A DNA stretch of 32,000 nt from Pyrolobus fumarii 1A (GTDB lineage Archaea; Thermoproteota; Thermoprotei_A; Sulfolobales; Pyrodictiaceae), in NCBI RefSeq assembly GCF_000223395.1, contig NC_015931.1, positions 1,530,001-1,562,000 of the forward strand, written 5' to 3'. Shown piece by piece: positions 25,701-32,000 of the stretch. The notes below the pieces were generated by a model that saw nothing but the letters and a program-made list of their open reading frames with translations, did no database searches and was not told the origin of the DNA. The translations under genes were made by a program, and so were the position numbers. The first letter of the stretch is position 1. Each line of letters begins with the position of its first letter.

Positions 25701-25889
25701 CCACGCTGTACCGGCATGCGGTATGTCGCTGCTAGGATAGGGAGGCCCGTCAAGGAAGAAGAAACGGCGCCTACCTCTGCGCCACTCGCGCAGCTTCGAG
25801 TATATCCTCTCCTTCTCCCAGAAGCTCTTAACCCAATCCTCGACACGCCATGGATCGTAGCTGCCCTCAACCTTACCAACAACGGGCAT
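22704..25889 (-). CDS. ileS: isoleucyl-tRNA synthetase
   Basis: The 1061-aa class I aaRS has the HIGH-region variant PPYPSSDIPHAGTAWNK and the KMSKS-region variant GREMHKSLGN. Zinc knuckles are CPRCGT, CWRCKS, CEKCGN and CPKCGG. Editing-domain and anticodon-binding regions are collinear with archaeal IleRS. Confidence 0.95.
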   Translation of the reverse strand: MPVVGKVEGSYDPWRVEDWVKSFWEKERIYSKLREWRRGRRRFFFLDGPPYPSSDIPHAGTAWNKVLKDAVLRYRRMAGFDTWDKPGYDCHGLPIEVQVEKRLGIKVKREIEEKIGIERFVELCKEFALTNVQGLTRWFKELGVFMDWDNPYLTLRDDYIEAEWWLIKRAWEEGLLERELRVVYWCPRCGTTLAEYEIEYRELTDPSIYVKFKLEGRENEYIVIWTTTPWTLPANAFVMIHPDAEYARVRVGNEILIMARTRVEKVMEEAGISNYEIVDVVKGSELVGLRYIHPLEDVIPLQSKLKKFHEIVAAPEFVTLYEGTGLVHAAPGHGFEDFQVAVKRGWSDAIVAPIDDEGRFTEDAGPLKGLRAREANPTIIDMLRERGALLHAGEISHRYPVCWRCKSPVLLRATPQWIIKVTKLKEKLVKEVKKANWIPSWALDRIMSMLENLQDWVLSRQRYWGAPLPVWICEKCGNTIVVGSLKELVELGGEKPRELHRPWVDRVTLRCPKCGGNARRVPDVMDVWLDSGVAFYASLGHPERIEFSPVDFITEGHDQTRGWFFSLLRAGVIGFGSVPYRNVLVHGFMLDEKGREMHKSLGNYVDTAEIIKKAGRDPFRLWVLQNTTWEDARFSWKALEQARKDLSIVWNVFVFASTYMSLDKFDPTRHKLDELLDKLEAEDRWLLSRLQRLIGRVTRAFEEYRIHEAARAIREFILEDVSRWYIRLIRRRVWLEEENISKITAYATLYHVLRSWLAMASTITPFITEYLYQTFVKPAEPDAPPSVAMLEWPQIDKRLIDEQLEKDMAIVREVVEAAASARMKAGLKLRQPVREIIVFTSDERVSEAVERLSRIVLEQANAKKVSVRSAAELEELLTYDVEPVYARLGPKYRKLTSRIVEYLKSNADKVARDIIREGVHRTVIDGVEVTIEREDVNIRAKPRVGFAIAETSWGSVAVDTRLTEEEIAEGLARDVVRRIQYMRKMLNLPVDAYVEVVVAGPSDALKLLEKLEEYVKSETRAARLLLTSDEHAAREAGGLVMEWEIGDEKFVISVRPAGSAG

Positions 25890-25945
25890 ACTAGTGTGCC
25901 CTTGAGGCTCCCGCTGACAGCCACGGTTTAAGGGCTAGCCTCTGC

Positions 25946-26209
25946 TCACGTCTCGACAGTATACGCCTTCACGCCGAATACAAGGTCGCCACCAAGCTTC
26001 TTGACAAGCTCCTCTACCTCTACGCGGATACGCTCCAGGTCCGAGCTGTTGCTGACAGAGATCTCTACATAGTAAAACTCTGGGAGTACCCTTGAACGTG
26101 TAAACTTGACCCCCTCGTAACGCCTTGATAACTCCTCCTCTATGCGCCTAGCGAGATCCTCGTAGAACGTGTTGAAGAAGAGTCTAACCACCCTCTTTCT
26201 CTTCGCCAC
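25946..26209 (-). CDS. hypothetical small protein
   Basis: The 87-aa ORF has plausible alpha/beta composition and overlaps the upstream gene end by 26 nt. No family recognised. Confidence 0.4.
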   Translation of the reverse strand: MAKRKRVVRLFFNTFYEDLARRIEEELSRRYEGVKFTRSRVLPEFYYVEISVSNSSDLERIRVEVEELVKKLGGDLVFGVKAYTVET

Positions 26210-26795
26210 GGCTATCCCCAGCCGACGCTACAAACTCCTCAAAATCAAGTATCTCCCTACAACCCTCAATCCCATTAACTTTCCTGAACCCCTCCTCACG
26301 CAGCAGTTGGACTGCAGCAACATAATCCGCGAATACTTTCTTCGCTATCTCGATCTCGCTGGGAAATATCTTCCCGAGCAGGTCGCCCCTCTTAGTCACC
26401 CACATATTTTCCTCGATCCACTTACACGCGCCGCTCACGCTCAGACGGCCGGACGGCACCTCGAGAAGCAACGGGTACATCCTACAAGCGCTGGGCTTCT
26501 CTGGATGTATCCGGCAACCGCGAGATGCAACATCGTAGAACGGGCAGAACCCTCTAATAACCCAGCGGTACAGGAGCACAACACATCTATCCTTGTCATC
26601 GCGATACACCTCGAGGGGCTTCAACTCGACGTTTTCAATGGGTACGCCATGCTCCTCTAGAAGCTCCTCTAGCCTCCTAGCCTCCCAGGAGAAGACTACA
26701 GGAGCCTCTTCCTCACGCGAAAAGAAACAGCAGTACATACACCGTAGGCAGGTAAAGCGCGCGGCGCTATGCAAAAAGCGCACCCCAGGCGCCAC
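26184..26795 (-). CDS. YkgJ/UPF0153-family zinc- or iron-chelating CxxCxxCC protein
   Basis: The N-terminal CLRCMYCCF motif (CxxCxxCC) is followed by further conserved Cys (FCPFYD, RGCRIHPEKPSACRMYP), typical of this family. Confidence 0.7.
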   Translation of the reverse strand: MAPGVRFLHSAARFTCLRCMYCCFFSREEEAPVVFSWEARRLEELLEEHGVPIENVELKPLEVYRDDKDRCVVLLYRWVIRGFCPFYDVASRGCRIHPEKPSACRMYPLLLEVPSGRLSVSGACKWIEENMWVTKRGDLLGKIFPSEIEIAKKVFADYVAAVQLLREEGFRKVNGIEGCREILDFEEFVASAGDSRGEEKEGG

Positions 26796-26883
26796 GCACG
26801 CGGAAAACCTCTACTTCTTCTTTTTACCGCCCTTCTCTTTGCCACTCTCCTCCTTTATCATGAAGAGTGTTGTGCGTTGCCTG

Positions 26884-27210
26884 CCACCCACTTCTCCCGC
26901 ACCCACATGAAGAGCCGGGACCCCTAGCTTATAGGGGTGTGGCAACTTGGACAACAAATGGCCGATGACGTGTTTGCCGAGTGCCGACCCTAGGCGGCCA
27001 GGCCCCGCCGCCTAGGGGTTGGAGACAAACCCCTTCTACCGAGGCCACGTTGACATTTGGAGCCCCTCTGGACGGGTCTAGGTCAGCACCGTCATTAGAT
27101 GCTCAGCGTTTGCACCCCTCTTCATCGGGGCCCCGCGGCCCCACAGTACTCGAGACGCACCCTCGCTTATAACACAGCGGGTTACCAGCAGAGCAGCTCA
27201 TGGGTGGGGC
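26884..27210. ncRNA. GC-rich structured noncoding RNA candidate (RNase P RNA-like motifs; strand and identity unresolved)
   Basis: The intergenic region has no credible ORF. It holds several perfect hairpins: 26986-27020 (10-12 bp stem CCTAGGCGGC/GCCGCCTAGG), 27127-27142 (GGGGCC-CCGC-GGCCCC), 26921-26937, 27014-27034 and 27071-27093. Long-range complements are ATGAAGAG 26907-14 with CTCTTCAT 27118-25, and CCACCCA 26884-90 with TGGGTGG 27202-08. Motifs resemble RNase P conserved regions in both orientations, for example GCCGATG, CAAACCCC, TAGATG and CCCGGCTCTTCAT on the minus strand. Confidence 0.4.
27167..27172 (+). promoter_or_regulatory. palindromic TATA box TTATAA upstream of SPOUT methyltransferase gene
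   Basis: TTATAA lies 42-47 nt upstream of ATG 27214. Being palindromic, it could also drive a minus-strand transcript starting near the GGGGCC hairpin at 27142. Confidence 0.35.
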
Positions 27211-27213
27211 TGT

Positions 27214-28074
27214 ATGGCTGGTGACTGGCCGCCTCCGCCTAGGGAGAAGGAGCTCGAGATAGTAGTGCCAGCGAGCGTTCTTAGCGTCGAGCCATCACTA
27301 CAGTTGAAGACAGTTAAGGCAGGAGTTATTGGACGTGCAGCTGCTGTGTTCAGAGCGAGCCGTATAGTATTGTATGTGGACCGTGCTGAGGCCTGGAGGG
27401 ACCTAGAGACATTCCGAAAGCTACTGGAGTATCTAGCGACGCCGCCCTACCTCCGCAAGCGCGTCTACCCGCCAGGGGTCCCAGAGTTGAGATACGCTGG
27501 TCTCCTGCCGCCACTCCAGATACCAACCCATGGTGTGGGAGGACCGAAGGAAGGCGAGATTCGAGAAGCTTATGTGTTGCGCAAGAGAGGGCGTAGTGTA
27601 GTTGTTGATGCGGGTTTGGAGGAGGAGGTCGAAGTCGACTTACCAAGAGGTGTGCAAGTGAATAGAGGTGAGCGCATACTGGTCAAGATAGTGTCGTTGA
27701 CGCCGCCTATCCTAGAGTATGTGGAGAACCCGCCAGTCTATACCGGCTACCGTGTTGCCACCTTTGACTCGCTCGGCGACTACCTGCGCAGTGCGAGGAA
27801 GGACACTCTCCTGATAGCAACGTCTAGGCGTGGACGGCGGATAGACGAGGTTGTAGACGAGCTCCGGAAGAAGCTTGGCGAGAAGAAGAGGGTGGCGCTC
27901 CTCTTCGGCTCGCCGCGTGAAGGACTCTATGAGATCGCTGAAAGGGAGGGCATAAAGCTAGACGAGAGCGTAGACGCTGTGGTTAACGTAGTGCCGAATC
28001 AGGGTACGCTTACTGTCAGAACAGAGGAGGCGGTATGGGCTGCCCTATCGCTCCTCAACATACTCCTAGGTTAG
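27214..28074 (+). CDS. DUF171/COG2106-type SPOUT-class RNA methyltransferase (MTH1-like)
   Basis: LEIVVPASVLSVEPSLQLKTVKAGVIGRAAAVFRASRIVLY is at the N-terminus and LLFGSPREGL...AVVNVVPNQGTLTVRTEEAVWAALSLLN at the C-terminus, a knot-like motif. As I recall, its position immediately upstream of rpl3 matches the conserved archaeal synteny for this family. Confidence 0.7.
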   Translation: MAGDWPPPPREKELEIVVPASVLSVEPSLQLKTVKAGVIGRAAAVFRASRIVLYVDRAEAWRDLETFRKLLEYLATPPYLRKRVYPPGVPELRYAGLLPPLQIPTHGVGGPKEGEIREAYVLRKRGRSVVVDAGLEEEVEVDLPRGVQVNRGERILVKIVSLTPPILEYVENPPVYTGYRVATFDSLGDYLRSARKDTLLIATSRRGRRIDEVVDELRKKLGEKKRVALLFGSPREGLYEIAEREGIKLDESVDAVVNVVPNQGTLTVRTEEAVWAALSLLNILLG

Positions 28075-28090
28075 TAACCTGGTAGACACG

Positions 28091-28098
28091 CTATATTA
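28091..28098 (+). promoter_or_regulatory. TATA-like box upstream of rpl3
   Basis: CTATATTA lies about 54 nt upstream of the GTG start and is followed by an SD-like site. Pattern only. Confidence 0.3.
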
Positions 28099-28137
28099 GG
28101 GTCCTTGAGGGGCGGGGTGCTGGGAGTCTCAAGAGAC

Positions 28138-28145
28138 GGTGGTGA
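28138..28145 (+). promoter_or_regulatory. Shine-Dalgarno-like GGTGGTGA upstream of rpl3
   Basis: GGTGGTGA lies 3 nt before GTG 28149. It is the same octamer as upstream of rps19. Confidence 0.5.
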
Positions 28146-28148
28146 ACC

Positions 28149-29189
28149 GTGGGCGCACGAAAGAAACACGCGCCACGACGAGGTAGTCTTGGTTTAAGGC
28201 CCAGGAAGAGAGCGTCGAGGTTAATACCTAAGATTAGAAGCTGGCCAGAGGTGAAGTCGGAGAAGCCTCTGCCACTAGCCTTCCTAGCCTACAAGGCTGG
28301 AATGACGCACGTCTTTATGATCGACGATAGACCCGGGAGCACGACCGAGGGCAAGGAGATATTCGTGCCGGTGACGATCCTAGAGGCTCCCCCGATGGTA
28401 GTCCTTGCCGTCCGAGTATATGGATACGACCCGAACATAGGCTTGTATACATTGACGGAGGCGTGGGCACGCCCAGAGGACCTAGTCCAGCAGTACAACC
28501 TTGACATCTACCGTGTATTGCCTAAGACGTTCCGTGTGCCCGATCCCGAGCAGCAGCTAAAGAAGATCGAGGAACTTCTCCCGAAGGTGTATGATGTCAG
28601 GATAATTGCGGCTACTCAACCCAGGCTTGTCGGCGGTCTTAGCAAGAAGAAGCCGGACCTAATCGAGATTAAGATTGGTGGTGGATCGGGTATCGAAGAG
28701 AGGTTCCAGTATGCGGCTTCCATCCTAGGTAAGACGTTCACAGTGCGTGACGTCTTCCAGGAGGGTCAGCTAGTGGATGTAATTGCGGTCACGAAGGGCA
28801 AGGGCTTCCAGGGTGTCATCAAGAGGTTCGGTGTTAAGGAGCTGCCAAAGTGGCACAAGCACCGCAAGGGTAGCAGGAGGATTGGTGCCAGAAGCCCTGG
28901 CATCGGCGCTATAAGCCCGGTGCCTCAGCCCGGTCAGATGGGCTTCCACAGGCGCACCGAGTATAACAAGAGGATATTGAAGATAGGCGATAATGGCTGG
29001 GAGGTCACGCCGGCCGGCGGCTTCCTACACTATGGTATCGTCCGGAGCACCTACGTGATGCTTGCGGGTAGCGTCCCCGGCCCGGCAAAGAGGCCGATAG
29101 TGCTGAGACATCCCGTGAGACCGACATGGACCCCACCAGGGCCGCCGCGCATTACATACATCAGCCTGGCTAGCAAGCAGGGCAACTGA
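28149..29189 (+). CDS. rpl3: 50S ribosomal protein uL3 (L3P)
   Basis: HAPRRGSLGLRPRKRA, FLAYKAGMTHV, VTKGKGFQGVIKRFGV and PGQMGFHRRTEYNKRI are typical of archaeal L3. Confidence 0.95.
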   Translation: MGARKKHAPRRGSLGLRPRKRASRLIPKIRSWPEVKSEKPLPLAFLAYKAGMTHVFMIDDRPGSTTEGKEIFVPVTILEAPPMVVLAVRVYGYDPNIGLYTLTEAWARPEDLVQQYNLDIYRVLPKTFRVPDPEQQLKKIEELLPKVYDVRIIAATQPRLVGGLSKKKPDLIEIKIGGGSGIEERFQYAASILGKTFTVRDVFQEGQLVDVIAVTKGKGFQGVIKRFGVKELPKWHKHRKGSRRIGARSPGIGAISPVPQPGQMGFHRRTEYNKRILKIGDNGWEVTPAGGFLHYGIVRSTYVMLAGSVPGPAKRPIVLRHPVRPTWTPPGPPRITYISLASKQGN

Positions 29190-29228
29190 GGTGAGCGCGG
29201 GATGCTAGGTACGACCATGTTCCTCCTC

Positions 29229-30020
29229 ATGAAGGAGCCGCCAACAGTGCCAATCTACGACGTCAACGGAGAGAAGGTAGACGAGGTTAAACTACCAAAG
29301 GTGTTCGGGCTGCCAATCCGCAAGGACCTGATACGCCGTGCGTTCCACTCTGAATTCACAGCAAGGCTTCAGCCCAAAGGCCGTGACCCAATGGCTGGCA
29401 AGAGGACGAGCGCTAGGAGCTTTGGTGTGGGTCTAGGTATCGCGAGGGTGCCGAGGATACCCGGCACCGGCAGAGCAGCGTTCATACCCTCGGCTGTTGG
29501 TGGCCGTCTAGCCTTCCCACCCACGCCGCTCAAGAAGCTACACGAGGAGATCAACAAGAAGGAGAAGAAGCTCGCCACGGCCTCGGCGCTAGCCGCTACA
29601 GCCGTAATCGAGATGGTAAGGCAGAGAGGCCACGTGTTCAGCGCGCCAGCAGTGCCGGTGGTAGTAGTAGATGAGGTCGAGGAGAAGATACGCAGCACGC
29701 GCGAGGCGAGAGCATTGCTAGAGAAGCTAGGGCTCTGGCCGGACATAGTGCGTGCCCAGGAGAAGACCAGGCAGAGAGCTGGCAAGGGTAAGATGAGAGG
29801 GCGTCGCTACGTCACACCAAAGAGCGTACTGTTCGTGTTGAGTAGTCACACCTCGCCATTTGCAAAGGCAGTTGCCAACCTGCCGGGCGTCGACGTCGCT
29901 ACACCGAGCTACGTGAACGTGCTATTGCTAGCGCCGGGAGGCCACCCAGGAAGGCTAATGCTTGTAACCAGGTCAGCTCTAGAGGCTCTTGGGAAGAGGT
30001 TCGAGGCTGACCTGCCATGA
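29229..30020 (+). CDS. rpl4: 50S ribosomal protein uL4 (L4P)
   Basis: [46 protein letters not shown] and [15 protein letters not shown] are present. The ORF is open from ATG 29202, and I prefer Met10 (29229) by comparison with typical L4 N-termini. Confidence 0.9.
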   Translation: MKEPPTVPIYDVNGEKVDEVKLPKVFGLPIRKDLIRRAFHSEFTARLQPKGRDPMAGKRTSARSFGVGLGIARVPRIPGTGRAAFIPSAVGGRLAFPPTPLKKLHEEINKKEKKLATASALAATAVIEMVRQRGHVFSAPAVPVVVVDEVEEKIRSTREARALLEKLGLWPDIVRAQEKTRQRAGKGKMRGRRYVTPKSVLFVLSSHTSPFAKAVANLPGVDVATPSYVNVLLLAPGGHPGRLMLVTRSALEALGKRFEADLP

Positions 30021-30280
30021 GGGACCCGCGCGAGATAATCATAAGGCCTCTTCAGACTGAGAAAGCGCTAAGACTCATCGAGCAGCAGAACACGCTAACA
30101 TTCATAGTGAGGCGTGACGCGACAAAACCAGAGATAAAGAGAGCAGTAGAGGAGCTATTCGGCGTCAAAGTAGTCAAGGTGAACACGCTGATAACGCCAA
30201 GGGGCGAGAAGAAGGCATACGTAAAACTGGCTCCCGAGTACAAGGCCACCGAGATAGCCGCCAGGCTAGGCATACTCTAA
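30017..30280 (+). CDS. rpl23: 50S ribosomal protein uL23 (L23P)
   Basis: [51 protein letters not shown] is the uL23 signature. The ATGA overlap links it to the rpl4 stop. Confidence 0.95.
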   Translation: MRDPREIIIRPLQTEKALRLIEQQNTLTFIVRRDATKPEIKRAVEELFGVKVVKVNTLITPRGEKKAYVKLAPEYKATEIAARLGIL

Positions 30281-30590
30281 CTGCTTTTATCTCCAAAAGC
30301 ATCCGCATCTGTAACGTACCTTCTATGCTCTCATGCTCTTGTATTCCATATTATCTAGTCAGCCGGAACATTGTGACTGGTTGTTATCCTCCTGTGGATG
30401 AGCTTCAAGTAGAGAGTTTGGGGTCACCACTGCCACCATCTTCCTCATCGTTCGGTGCAGGTCAGCCCGTTCATCCCCCGGTTCCCGGTGGTGCGAGGCC
30501 GCCCTTTGAAGTTGAGTCAGACTGATGCCCTAGGCGTAGGTAATAGGGTGTGTTTGCGCATCACTCGATGCTATGTAATTCCGGGTTAGG

Positions 30591-30596
30591 TTATAA
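30591..30596 (+). promoter_or_regulatory. TATA box TTATAA upstream of rpl22
   Basis: TTATAA lies 39-44 nt upstream of the TTG start at 30635, inside the 354-bp gap that replaces rpl2-rps19. Confidence 0.35.
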
Positions 30597-30634
30597 GGGC
30601 TTGGTATGTTCGCGCGTCTCGGGTGCGGTAGGGT

Positions 30635-31105
30635 TTGCCTAGATGGAAGTACAGCGTGCAGGTGGACCCTGAAAAGACGGCCAAGGCGATGGTGTGGGAC
30701 GCGCCGATATCCTACAAGAAGGTTGTGGAGCTTGCTCGCGTATTGAAGGGTAAGCGTGTTGACGAGGCGCGCAAGCTCCTCGAGCGTGTAATAAGGCTCG
30801 AGGAGCCCATCCCCGTCAGGAGGTACCATGGTAAGCAGGCTCACCACAGGGGCCTCGCCGACAAGTATGGGTGGCCGGTTGGCAGGTACCCCGTGAAGGC
30901 TGCGAAGATTATCCTCAAGCTACTGGACAATGTAGTCAACAATGCTGAGCAGAAGGGCTTGGACACTAGCAGGCTTAAGATAATCCACATTGCGGTTCAC
31001 AAGGGGATAACCTTGAAGAGGTGGATGCCACGCGCTTTTGGCCGAGCAACGCCCAAGTGGAAGAGGCGTAGTCACATCGAGATAATCGTGGCGGAGGAGG
31101 AGTAA
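30635..31105 (+). CDS. rpl22: 50S ribosomal protein uL22 (L22P)
   Basis: WKYSVQVDPEKTAKAM, GKRVDEARKLLERVI, GRYPVKAAKIILKLLDNVVNNAEQKGLD and PRAFGRATP are present. TTG start. Confidence 0.9.
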   Translation: MPRWKYSVQVDPEKTAKAMVWDAPISYKKVVELARVLKGKRVDEARKLLERVIRLEEPIPVRRYHGKQAHHRGLADKYGWPVGRYPVKAAKIILKLLDNVVNNAEQKGLDTSRLKIIHIAVHKGITLKRWMPRAFGRATPKWKRRSHIEIIVAEEE

Positions 31106-31107
31106 CC

Positions 31108-31836
31108 ATGGTGCTCATAAAGAAGTATTTCGTTCAGAAGGCCCTCCGCGAGGCAAAGATAGACGAGTATCTAGCCAAGAGGTTCTATCGTGCGGGTTAC
31201 GCTGGCGTACGTATCATAGAGCTGCCTATCGGCCACAGAGTGTACATCTATGCTGAGAGGCCGGGTATGATAATCGGGAGGGGCGGCCAGACTATCCGCG
31301 AGTTGCAATACATATTCGAGAAACACTTTGGGCTCAACAACCCCCAGGTGAGCGTCCGCCGCGTCGAAGAGCCGGATCTCAATGCGCGTGTAGTAGCCTC
31401 GAGGATAGCAGTGCTGCTCGAGAGGGGTGCTCACTACCGTCGTGTGGCCAACGTAATGCTAAGGCGTATACTTGCAGCTGGTGCGATTGGCGCCGAGATA
31501 GTAATCAGTGGTAAGCTGCGCACCGAGAGAGCCAGATATGAGAAGCTGCGTGCAGGCAAGGTCTACAGTACCGGTTACCAGGTAGAGTACATGGTAGATC
31601 GTGCGGTGATGCACGTTCTGCTAAAGCCAGGCGTCTATGGTATCGAGGTGAAGATAGTGAAGCCTGTGAGACCAGCGGACTATGTGAGGATAAAGACGCC
31701 CGAGGAGGTGAAGGAGATCGTCGAGAAGATACGTGAGGAGATGGGTCTGAAGGCTGCTGAGGCACAGGCCCAGGAGGGGCAGGCTCAAACCCAGGCGGGT
31801 GAGTCGCAGGCTGAAGGAGGCGAGGGTGGTAGCTAA
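31108..31836 (+). CDS. rps3: 30S ribosomal protein uS3 (S3P)
   Basis: The KH-domain core is IIGRGGQTIRELQ, with ISGKLRTERARYEK. The acidic/Gln-rich C-terminal tail is common in archaeal S3. Confidence 0.95.
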   Translation: MVLIKKYFVQKALREAKIDEYLAKRFYRAGYAGVRIIELPIGHRVYIYAERPGMIIGRGGQTIRELQYIFEKHFGLNNPQVSVRRVEEPDLNARVVASRIAVLLERGAHYRRVANVMLRRILAAGAIGAEIVISGKLRTERARYEKLRAGKVYSTGYQVEYMVDRAVMHVLLKPGVYGIEVKIVKPVRPADYVRIKTPEEVKEIVEKIREEMGLKAAEAQAQEGQAQTQAGESQAEGGEGGS

Positions 31837-32000
31837 TGGCGCGTAAACCAAAGTTCATGATAAAGACTGATGATATAAGGAAGATGAGTCCCGAGGAGCG
31901 CATCAAGAAGCTGCGTGAGTTGCAGGAAGAGCTTGTCAGGCTGCGTCTAAAGGCTGCTATGGGTACGCTTGACAACCCAGGCGCTATTCGGGCGATACGA
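31836..32000 (+). CDS. rpl29: 50S ribosomal protein uL29 (L29P), 3'-truncated by window end
   Basis: My hand translation from ATG 31836 (overlapping the rps3 TAA by 1 nt) gives MARKPKFMIKTDDIRKMSPEERIKKLRELQEELVRLRLKAAMGTLDNPGAIRAIR. This is the uL29 pattern, and the gene is in the expected position after rps3. Confidence 0.8.
   Translation, partial: MARKPKFMIKTDDIRKMSPEERIKKLRELQEELVRLRLKAAMGTLDNPGAIRAIR

Noticed and set aside
26981-27172. 63-aa plus ORF in the GC-rich intergenic region
   Set aside because: It is a Pro/Gly/Ser/Arg-rich nonsense-like peptide with no start context. The region is better explained by RNA secondary structure.
26884-27210. SRP (7S) RNA as identity of the structured region
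   Set aside because: I could not find the universally conserved helix-8 signature (CAGG-YCC-GNAR tetraloop-GGR-AGCA, for example CCGGAAGGGAGCA) on either strand. Only loose resemblances are present (GGTGCTGA, GATGACGTGTTTGCCG).
26988-30536. Shared 9-mer CCCTAGGCG in the structured region (26988) and in the rpl23-rpl22 gap (30528)
   Set aside because: A single 9-nt match within 32 kb is expected by chance, and there is no extended similarity around it.
30325-30847. ORFs 30325..30525 (+) and 30530..30847 (-) in or near the rpl23-rpl22 gap
   Set aside because: The plus ORF is Pro/Ser-rich with no recognisable fold signal. The minus ORF mostly overlaps the rpl22 coding region antisense.
1-32000. 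CRISPR arrays, IS elements, integrases, tRNA or rRNA genes
   Set aside because: I scanned intergenic regions by eye. I found no regularly spaced direct repeats, no transposase- or integrase-like ORF and no tRNA T-arm/cloverleaf pattern. tRNAscan-type tools are still advisable.

Overview
The window looks like a chromosomal segment from a hyperthermophilic crenarchaeon, probably Desulfurococcales or Pyrodictiaceae-like. This is suggested by Glu/Lys/Arg/Val-rich proteins, frequent GTG/TTG starts, 4-nt start/stop overlaps and archaeal-type ribosomal proteins. Housekeeping genes include an Lhr-type helicase, IleRS, a TtuA-like tRNA thiolase, a DUF171 SPOUT methyltransferase, and ribosomal proteins uL3-uL4-uL23 and uL22-uS3-uL29. 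Accessory content includes:
- a giant tetrabrachion-like S-layer glycoprotein;
- a four-gene, AT-richer cluster (2-TM pilin-like, polytopic membrane protein, unlisted 55-aa membrane ORF, VirB4-like ATPase) that matches the crenarchaeal Ced / type-IV-secretion-like DNA-transfer architecture;
- a MoxR AAA+/vWA pair operonic with the thiolase;
- a tightly overlapped operon with two degenerate-MIDAS vWA proteins, an RHH-UPF0175-PIN fusion and a hexapeptide transferase.
Two structural oddities stand out. The ribosomal genes uL2-uS19 are missing from their conserved slot between uL23 and uL22, where a 354-bp noncoding gap remains, and sit about 13 kb upstream directly behind the VirB4-like gene. A roughly 330-nt GC-rich, hairpin-dense noncoding region upstream of the SPOUT/uL3 operon looks like a structured RNA, possibly RNase P RNA, but strand and identity are unresolved. 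No CRISPR array, transposase, integrase or tRNA was recognised.
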